From assembly GCF_009914755.1 (NCBI RefSeq), contig NC_060931.1: a stretch of 64,000 nt of DNA; one strand, written 5' to 3'. Positions 53,770 through 64,000 of this stretch are shown here, piece after piece. The stretch is from the human T2T-CHM13v2.0 reference genome, Homo sapiens. The translations under genes and the position numbers were made by a program. Every line of letters begins with the position of its first letter. Position 1 is the stretch's first letter. The notes beneath the pieces were generated by a model. The model was not told where the DNA came from. It ran no database searches and saw nothing but the letters and a program-made list of their open reading frames with translations.

Positions 53770-53935
53770 ATAATAATTATGATGGCAGGAACACTTATTG
53801 AGTAAGCAAGTGTTTGCTTATTTAATCTACCTGACAACCCTACCAGATGTAGGTACTGTTATTTTCTCCATTTGGTGGATAAGAAAACTGAGTCACAGAG
53901 AGACTCGGTAATTTGCCCAAGGTCAGACAGCTGTC
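53770..53935 (-). mobile_element. MIR
   Basis: 'tatttaatct..gacaaccct..gtaggtactgttatt..ccattt..gataagaaaactgagtcacagagag..taatttgcccaaggtca'. Confidence 0.85.
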
Positions 53936-53974
53936 TGCCCGGGGAACCTATACACTTAATTGCTCTGCTGTACT

Positions 53975-54316
53975 GTGGTTGAGTATCTCTTATCCGAATT
54001 GCTTGGGACCAGAAGTGGTTCAGGTTTTTGATTTTTTTTTTCCGAGTTTGAAACATCTGTATCTACATAATGGGATATCTTGGTGGTGGGACTTAAGTCT
54101 AAACACAAAATTCATTTATGCCTCATACACGTAGCTGGAAGGTAATTTTATAAAATACCTTTAATGATTTTGTGTGTGAAACAAAGTTTTGACTGTGTTT
54201 TGACTGCAGCTGCTCATGTGAGTCCAGTGTAGAATTTTTCACTTGTGGTATCATAAAAGTTTCAGATTTTGGAGCATTTCAGACTTCAGATTTTCGGATT
54301 AGGGTTGTGCAACCTG
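53975..54316. mobile_element. Tigger4b-like (TcMar-Tigger) non-autonomous DNA transposon, near full length
   Basis: Terminal inverted repeats 'ggttgagtatctcttatccgaa' and 'ttcggattagggttgtgcaacctg', followed by TA; internal 'cttgggaccagaagtg', 'aagtctaaacacaaaattcatttatg'. Confidence 0.9.
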
Positions 54317-54547
54317 TACTTCATGAGCCAATTGAGAAAAATGCCTTCATAATTTCTTTCTAGGGCCTCAAACGCCTGGACGTCACCCCTGACTATTGCA
54401 TGTTGTGCATTGGACAGTTAGATCTCCTCAGTGCCTGTGAACAAGTGTTCTTTTGAGTGATACTCTTCTTTTTGTGACTGTATTATATAATATAGCTTTC
54501 ATAGCCCCCACTTTATTTGCTGTTATTTTATTCCCCTCTCATCCCCG

Positions 54548-54569
54548 CCCCCCCCCCCCCCCCCCCCCC
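54548..54569. repeat. C22 homopolymer (G22 on the - strand)
   Basis: Directly visible. Confidence 0.97.
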
Positions 54570-54966
54570 ATATAAAGGACTCATTTCAAAGATGGGCGAA
54601 CCTGGAAGCTGAACCTGACTCTACTCTTCATGTCTTCAATTTACTGGCCATAAAGGTTCAGTTTTGTATGGGATCTTCTGTCCTCTAGAAGATCCCGTAC
54701 AAATAGAGGCTTTAATTTATGCTTGCATTCTTGCATTTTGTGTGATTTATTGCCTAATAAATGAAAGAAAAAAGTTTATTTAGATAGTAAACTGAAAATG
54801 AAAAACCATTTTTTTCCACGAACTTGCTAATTTTCTTCCATTGTATAGTATGAACTCAATCTACAAAGATCTGGCAAAAAAAACAAGTATCATGTTCTGT
54901 AACAAACTCAGTTACACTAACACCAGAACTTACTGAGTTTAATTGGAGATAATTAAAAAAAAAAAG

Positions 54967-55114
54967 TTCTTTTTTTCTTTTTTTTTTTTTTTTTAAATAG
55001 AGATAGGGTTTTCCATGTTGACCTGGCCGATCTCAAACTCCTGGCCTCAAGCGATCCTCCCATCTCAGCCTCCCAATGTGCTAGGATTGCAGGTGTGAGT
55101 CATCGCACCTGGCC
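54967..55114 (-). mobile_element. FLAM_C-like Alu monomer
   Basis: Single left arm 'aactcctggcctcaagcgatcctccc' with a T tail. Confidence 0.85.
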
Positions 55115-55321
55115 TCTTAATGTAGATGATTTTTTAAAATGAAGATTTTTTTCATAGTAAGAAAAGGGAAACCATAATTCCAGACCACAGAGAAGGACTT
55201 CTTTAATATATTTAACCTCTTTATTTACAGATCACTTCTTTCTAGAGAGACTAAAATTAGGGCAGAGAAACCTAAATCCTACATACAAAGAGCTGCTGCC
55301 CATTCAAAATAATTACAAGTG

Positions 55322-55612
55322 TGTCGGGCGCGGTGGCTCACGCCTGTAATCCTAGCACTTTGGGAGGCCAAGGCAGTGGATCATGAGGTCAGGAGTTTGA
55401 GACCAGCCTGACCAACATGGTGAAACCCCGTCTCTACTAAAAATACAAAAATTAGCTGGGCGTGGTGGCACAAGTCTGTAATCCCAGCTACTCAGGAGGC
55501 TGAGGCAGGAGAATGCTTGAACTTGGGAGGTGGAGGTTGCAGTGAGCCGAGATCGTGCCACTGCACTCCAGCCTGGGCAAGAGAGCAAGACTCCGTCTCA
55601 AAAAATAATAAT
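55322..55612 (+). mobile_element. AluS (Sg-like) with a (TAA)n tail
   Basis: Full dimer; TSD aataatta(c/t)aagtg. Confidence 0.96.
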
Positions 55613-56709
55613 AATAATTATAAGTGACAGTAAAGCATCTCCCCACATAATCCTGTATATCAGTAAGAAAATATGTTTTGAGATTCACAAAACTCAATTT
55701 ACGAATCTCTGGTTGTAGTTATTTGACTTAATATATAAGACACTTACCAGAGGAGATGGTTGCAAACAGATTTGATGACAGGTAAATTTTTCTAAAGGTC
55801 TGCTAACTTCTTATTCAGTCATGGCCAACCACTGATACAATGCTGAGAGTTGCTTTCTCCTTTCCCCTCTACTAGCTTGGGGTCCACAGACCAAAAAAAT
55901 CTATAACTTGCAAGGCTAATAAATGCATGCTTCAGCTGCCTGGAAATGCTGTTGGACTGGCAATTTGCTGCCCCGCTCTAATAGAGACTGCCTCAGATCT
56001 GGTCTTTAACCTGGATTAGCTGGATAAAGAGAATCCTCTGGGATCCTGTGTGCCATCACCTGTTAGTGTGTTTGCTGTATAAATGTAACATCCACTAACT
56101 TTGTCAGATGATGTCTGGCCTGGCTGCTGTGGCTGTGATTGGAATTGAAACATACAGCTTGTTATTAAGGTAGTGACTGGCTGTGGGGGACACCGACGTC
56201 TGTTGTTTTTCATTGTTGATCTAGTGAGTTAGAATGCCTTTCCTGGGCTGTTAATGTTAAATAGTTCAGTCCTGTTAGTCGTTTTGTGAGATCATCTTTC
56301 TGTGTGATTTGTGTGTATTTCCTTGATCTAGTGGGGTGCAGGGTCAGGGACTGAGGGGAAGGTATAATTGTTTACAGAAAATGTGACAGGACATGGATTT
56401 GAAATCAGATAGGAAGTTAAGGAATGCCGGGCTCCTCTGAATATTAAGGAAAATCTTTAAGCCCCTAATTAACTTCAGAAAATCCCCTTGCTCTCACAGA
56501 TGGGAATTTGGCTGGGTAAGCTAATAACTGGAATGAAGGCTAGGAGTTGTGGGTTAAGTTTCTCCCTGGCAAATACCAATATTTCAGGATTACTTCGACT
56601 CTTGTCCTGCTGCCTCCCACTGGATCTTTACAAACTCTGTGCAGTAGAGATTATCTTGATAAAGATTTTGGATGCATGTTGGGCCTTTATTGAATGATGA
56701 ATGCTGTTT

Positions 56710-56830
56710 TTTATTCATTTGCACATTTATTGGGTACCTACTATATGTCAGCCTCTGTTCTTGGTCTTGTATGGTGGTATACAAGAGAAACAAAATTCTT
56801 AGCCTTATGGAATTTATATCCTAGTGGACT
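56710..56830 (-). mobile_element. L2 3' end
   Basis: 'acatttattgggtacctactatatgtcag', 'gccttatggaatttatatcctagtgg'. Confidence 0.7.
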
Positions 56831-57063
56831 ATAAATTACAATGTTCACTATTTGAGAGGACCCAAGCTTCAGATGTTGTGGCTGTTTGGCACACTGGTCC
56901 GGGTTGAAAGAAGAGACTGGGATTCAAGTTGTAGTTCCTGTCCTGATTTCTCTGGGCCTGAGTTTAACTACCGGTAACATAATGACATTGGGCTGTATCT
57001 AATTATTTATAGGGTTCTTTCCAGTTCTTTCACTTATGATCCTGATTTTCCCAAACATTTTAG

Positions 57064-57387
<324 letters not shown>

Positions 57388-58349
57388 CAGCCCAGTTGTC
57401 TTTAATCTAGTTGGGCTTCTGGCTAATTCGTGTTGGTGACCAATGTTTGCATATTAAATCAAACAATCAGTTATTGTACTGGAGAAGAAAATAATTGTTT
57501 CTAAAAAGTTCATATTTCGACTACATGGTCATGCCATTTAAAAAAAAGTAGTAAAGCAACAATAAGGAAATACTCTTTTATTCTGGAATGACATACCTAC
57601 CTGAAATCTTTGAGTTTCCCTTGTGTCATGTGAGCTGGTTGATTACAGGTGAGGAGAATTGCATGTTCTTACATGCTCCTCAGAAACACTCATCACTGTG
57701 TAAAAAATGCTTTTTTGTTTGTGTGAAATCATAATATAGAGCCCATTCCACCATACACCTTCATCATCAAGCTCGGGGATACAAGCCTGTTAATCAAGTG
57801 GGAATACAGGAAGTGAGACATGAAACACTGGTTTTATTTTCACACCTCTAAATGAGTGACTGCAGAGGATGAACTTAAAAATAATAATGCCACCTCATAC
57901 TTGCATCACACCTTTTAATAAGGCGGTTTAAAAATATTTAGGGTGAACCTTCATCAGGATGCTTTAATTGCCTCAGCATAGTTGAATAGTACATTAGGGT
58001 AATGCCTCTGCTGTGCTGAAAAGCCTGGAGGGAGATACTGTCACTCAATGATGCGTTGAGGATGATTAGGTAGAACCCCTTCAGATCTTGGGATCTCAGT
58101 TTCCTCTCAAATGCATGCTGTGGGTAGAGAAGCCTGGGCTGGTGTGTGTATAATTTACATCTGTTATAAGTGACTAAACTTGTAAGAACGGGTACACAAG
58201 GCATCTTTAGTAAGAAGTAATAATATCTACCTTAGTAATAATATCTTCTCATTCTTGTAGGTCCATTTGAAATGGCTCCATCTCTAGTACATCTTTCCTG
58301 ACTACTCCCACCTGGCCATCATATCATCTTTCTCCATTAGATTTCAGGC

Positions 58350-58572
58350 AGACTAGACCGAGACTGTGGGTTTTTATCCTGTTAGCCACTTAGAGGCTGT
58401 TTGATCTTGGGAAGATTACTTGCTTTTCTGTACAAAGTATCTTTATTTCTGCATCTGTAAAGTGAAGATAAGAATCCCTACTTCATAGGGTGTTAGTGAT
58501 ATGAGTTAGTAAACATGATGCCCTTAGAACAGTGCTTGGCATGTGCTGCTGTGGTTTTGTCATCATTATTAC
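58350..58572 (+). mobile_element. MIR
   Basis: 'gccactta..gctgtttgatcttggg', 'catctgtaaagtgaagataa', 'cttcatagggtgttagtga', 'cttagaacagtgcttggca'. Confidence 0.8.
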
Positions 58573-58831
58573 TCCACTTCTTCCTTGGTACATAGCTCAT
58601 GTTCTCCTTAACTATACGGATGTATTTAGCGATCTGCCTTAAATTGTGATGTGTTCCTTCTGGTCTGAGAGCCCTTGTCACACATAACATGATAACTTTG
58701 ACTTGGTAGGTACCTAGTGAGCATCTTGGATTGAGCTCCTACAGGATTTAGTTAAGAATTCAAAGCAGGGTGTATTCTCATTCTGACTTTTAAAGCCTTT
58801 GAGGTCAGTTGGGGGCAGGTCTTATTTGTTT
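58557..58831 (+). repeat. Copy 1 (probable donor) of a local dispersed duplication
   Basis: About 90% identical by manual alignment to 59957-60207. Confidence 0.95.
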
Positions 58832-59956
58832 CTTAACTGGTGAAGCTGCCATACCAAGGCCACTTGCCCATGATCGTCTACTGGGTAGCCTGATAAGAAG
58901 GTCAGTTACTCAAGGCTGTGGACTCGATTCCATTCTTGCTGATATTACTAGCGTAAATGAGATGCTTTTGGATAATTCTCTGAGCAATTTAGGCCAGGTG
59001 AATACTGGACAGTAATTTCCTGAAGTGCCATGAAGTGGCAGGAACATGATTTATGTAACATGGGCTCTTGCTAGCTGGGATGAACACTGGAGCCCCTGCC
59101 GTGCTCTGGAATTATGAGTGCCTGCCAGAGTGCCTGCCTGCTTTTGTTCTAGAGAGTTTTTTTTTTTTTCTTTTTCCTTTAAGTTAAATTCTCAAGTTGC
59201 GGGCAGGGGCGCAGGTCTCTATGGTGATGAATGGAGAGATGTTGAACTGGCTGGTTGCAAACCTTACCCTAGCAGTTCTTAGAGACAACTGGGATAAGGA
59301 CATTTTAGCTGGTTGACACTTGGGTTGAAAGTACTGATGTAAAAAAAAAAAGTGATGTGTGTATGGGGAGGGACATATACAAAGAAGTAGTACCTTGGCA
59401 TTCTAGCCAGATAAAGGAGATCTGTGTTTTTTAAGGTAGGAGCTTTGAGAAAAATGCAAAACTTGTATATTTCAGCATGCAGAAAATTGCACTTCACTAT
59501 CAGGCAAACCTCATTCATATTAGCAAGAGAAGTATATGAGAAGCATGTGGTTGTGGGATGCCATTATCAGGAAGTTGCTGTGTTCTTGACCTTGGGCTCT
59601 GGAAGAACAATTAGCCCCTTGCATGCAAACTTGCTCAGTAAAGAAAAAGTTTTGGCCCTAAGGCCTGTGGAACCAGGCTTAGGATGGATGATGGGTTTAT
59701 TGTCCTTCACAGCCAAAACACAACAGTCTTTCTCCCTTTCTTTCCAGGCTACCCACGTGAGTACGTTGATAATATTTCTGAGAGTTTTAAAGAATTTTCC
59801 AGCAGAATGAGAGAAGATAGAAGGACCATCTTGATAATTTAAGGACATGCTCTTATCTCTTGATCTGCTGCATTTTGTTTTTGCTTCTGTTTAGGCCAGT
59901 GTTGGTAGTTATATTGTCTTCTCTCCACTGGGCGGATTACATGTAGCAATCCAAAA

Positions 59957-60207
59957 TTGTCAACATAATTATTCCACTTCTTCTTTGGCACATAGCTCAT
60001 GTTCTACTTAACTGTACTAAATTGTGATGGGTTCCTTCTGGTCAAGAGCCCTTATCACACCTAACAGGACACATTGGACATGGTAGGTACCTAGTGAGCA
60101 TCTTGGATTGAGTTCCTCCAGAATGTTGTTAAGAATTCAAAGCGGGTGTATTCTCATTCTGACTTTTAAAGCCTTTGAGGTCAGATGGGGGCAGGTCTCA
60201 TTTGTTT
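59957..60207 (+). repeat. Copy 2 of the local duplication, flanked by 23/24-bp direct repeats
   Basis: Flanks ggattacatgtagcaatccaaaa (59934-59956) and ggattacatgtatgcaatccaaaa (60209-60232). Confidence 0.95.
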
Positions 60208-60270
60208 TGGATTACATGTATGCAATCCAAAAGAGTTAGGTTTTTTAAAAAAATTAATTACCCCCACCCC

Positions 60271-60396
60271 TTTTGTTAAAGAGTCAGGGTCTCACTGTGT
60301 TGCCCAGGTTGGTCTTAAACTCCTGGCCTCAAGTGGTCCTCCTGCCTTGACCTCCCAAAATGTTGGGATCACAGGCGTGAGCCACTGCGTTCAGTC
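60271..60396 (-). mobile_element. FLAM_C-like Alu monomer
   Basis: Single left arm 'gggtctcactgtgttgcccagg..aactcctggcctcaagtg'. Confidence 0.85.
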
Positions 60397-60437
60397 TAAT
60401 TTTTATTTAAAATTTAAAATTTAAAATTTGTGGTATA

Positions 60438-61325
<888 letters not shown>

Positions 61326-61888
61326 ATTTTTAAGAAGTACATTTAAATTCATCGTTTTGGGCCTTGGTCTCCACGCTGCCTTGAGTTGTCCCTAGGTAAG
61401 TGAAGTTCTCAGTCAGTCACCTGCTCTGGCATACCTCTGAGCTTTGACACACCTCAGCCACTTTCCATGGCTCACTTTGGCCCTTTGTAGGTTGGTGCCT
61501 CTCATTAGATTCAACGAACAATTTCTCAGGATCTGGGCCTAACCAGTGGTGTTGAATCTTAGAAAGACTGAGCTGAAATGCTCATCAGCTGGTGCCATGC
61601 TTCTCACTTTAGGTTATACCTCCAGTTGTGTTTGGATAAGAGTTGGAGTGGCATGACAGTCTCCCACAGAATCTGAAAATATAGTTCCAGATGTGCTTCT
61701 CCCAAACTTCTTCTCTGCCATTGGGGTTGCACCACTGGAAAAGTGTGTGAAGCAATACTTCACTCTGACACCCTGCTACTATATGCTTGAGGAAGAACTG
61801 AAGACTGTATCATGGAATGAGCTGCCCATAGGTCGCGCATGTGCGCACGTTTGTACGTGTGTGTGTTGAGATGGGAGAGGGAATCTAG

Positions 61889-62253
<365 letters not shown>

Positions 62254-62619
62254 TAAAAAGACATTTCTAATTAGAAAGTGTAGTGTGAACTTTTGCCGTA
62301 GTTGGACTTCTCTCCATGTGGGCCCTTAAACACTGATATCTCAGTCATATGAAGCTATCAAGGACCAAAATAAGGGGGCATTTGCCTTTTCTGTCAGTGC
62401 AGAACCAATAGGGGCCAGGCCAGGTATGACCAACCCATTGTATGTGCAGTGGCTTGCTCCATCTTTCTGTCTCTGGTTTATGTATGTGATCATTTGCGGA
62501 TTCCAGCAGGTACATCCTCTCCAATACCTTACCTGGTAAGCTGTCTAGTAAGGTTTATATTTCAGACCATTGGGGGATCCCCCTCTTCATGGCACACACT
62601 GTGCCTGTTGCCTAATATT

Positions 62620-62905
62620 CCTTTATTGTCTGCAGCATCCAGGACCAATTTAAATGTCACTTTGTGAAACTTCCTCAGACCCTCCTCTAGAGCAAGTTAG
62701 TCACTGCCTCTTCTGTGCCTTGCTTTGAGGTTATTGTCATCACTGAACCTGACCCAGTGTATTGTAATTACTTCAGACGGTCTCTCCCACCAGAGTTTAT
62801 CCTCCTCTGTGCAAGTGCTATTTTTTAGTCCTATCTGTCTACCTTAGAACCTTCTGCAGTATTTGGTGTATTGTTCTGTCTGTGGCAATTGTCTGGTAAA
62901 TGTTT
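62620..62905 (+). mobile_element. L2 fragment
   Basis: 'taaatgtcactttgtgaaacttcc', 'gtattgtaatta', 'tctctcccaccagag', 'gtaaatgttt'. Confidence 0.5.
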
Positions 62906-63064
62906 TATCAGACAAGTCTCTGATGCAATGGGATGGAGTGGAATTAATAGTTTTAATCATGACCATGGCCCGAAATAGCCGTTTGACAACATCCAAGCCA
63001 CTCACTCTCTCAGACTCTCACGCTGGGTTGTGTAAATTGAATTCTTTCAAATGAGCATAAGTTA

Positions 63065-63240
63065 AAAAATACTTAGCACTTACCATGTGCTAGGTACTTT
63101 GTAATTAAGCATTTTACTTACATAAACTCATTTAATTTTACAATAACCTAGTGGAGTACATTTCAGTTTCATAGATAGTGAAAAAGACACACAGAACGGA
63201 GGTTACCTGCTCAGTTCAAACCCTGGAGTGTAGCCTGTGA
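63065..63240 (-). mobile_element. MIR
   Basis: 'agcacttaccatgtgctaggtactttg', 'aactcatttaattttacaataaccta'. Confidence 0.75.
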
Positions 63241-64000
63241 GTGTATATTTCTTTTTGCATGTGGTTAATAAATTAATGTTGTATTTACAGCTTTGCAGAG
63301 CTGGGATGCCCTTAACACATGCAGCTCTGGACCTATATAAGCTGTCAGGTGTAGAAGAGTGAGCAGGAAAACCTTGTGGGGGTAACTGATTCCTTGTACA
63401 AAAGAACCAGATTTCAGTTAGTGATGAAAATGGAGGAAGTGAAGAATCCAAGTCGAATGATAGAAAAGGTTATGTGTCGTTGGGCAAGGGTTCAAAAGAC
63501 CTAGTTGTCTTGATTAGAGAGGAGGGGAGCTGAGGGAAAATGAGTCACAGAGGAGGAAATAATGAAGATGAAGTGGCCAGAGAAGACGGGCTCCTGCAAG
63601 GAGGGGCCTGGGTTTTAGATAGCCTCCAAGAAGGACAGGAAGTGTGGCCTGATGGGATTAGCTAGTCTCAAGACACCAGGTAGAATGCAGGCCATCTTTG
63701 TAGACTGGGCCTTGGGGTGTCCAAACCATGAAATGCATGGCAGAGTGTGGACACACTTGTTTGTTTATACTCTTTCTCCCATCCTGTACAATGAGGCAGA
63801 ACATGAAGGAAAAATTAACAAACACCCCAAGTCTCCTGACACAGGGATCAAAACATATTGATGATGTCTTGCAAATCTGATAATTTCATTGAACCATGTG
63901 AAGCTTAAAATTGATACATAGGCATACCCTTAACATTAAGTGCTGCTGTCAGTCTGACATAGCTGGATAAACCAATGTTGAATAATCTATTAAATATGTC

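Overview
Primate (human-like) non-coding genomic DNA. It is AT-rich and CpG-depleted, with dense interspersed repeats: about 19 Alu/FLAM copies (many with visible target-site duplications), several old L1M 3' ends, many MIR and L2 fragments, L3/CR1, MaLR and MER21-type LTRs, and MER5 and Tigger4 DNA transposons, plus microsatellites. I recognise no protein-coding exon, RNA gene, CpG island or promoter, and the ORF track looks like chance or repeat-derived ORFs. The + strand looks T/G-rich and the L1s and LTRs lie on the - strand, which suggests a large intron of a + strand gene that I cannot name. I cannot support a claim of a new biological system. The most unusual things visible in the sequence are: (1) a ~250-bp copy of nearby unique sequence inserted 1.4 kb downstream, between 23/24-bp direct repeats of a quasi-palindromic site and without a poly(A) tail; (2) other local templated-synthesis scars; (3) a 17-bp hairpin near a C22 tract; (4) candidate cryptic and Alu-derived exons; (5) closely spaced inverted Alu pairs; (6) several repeat-free, motif-dense candidate enhancers. 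Repeat subfamily calls and the boundaries of old repeats were made by eye and are approximate.
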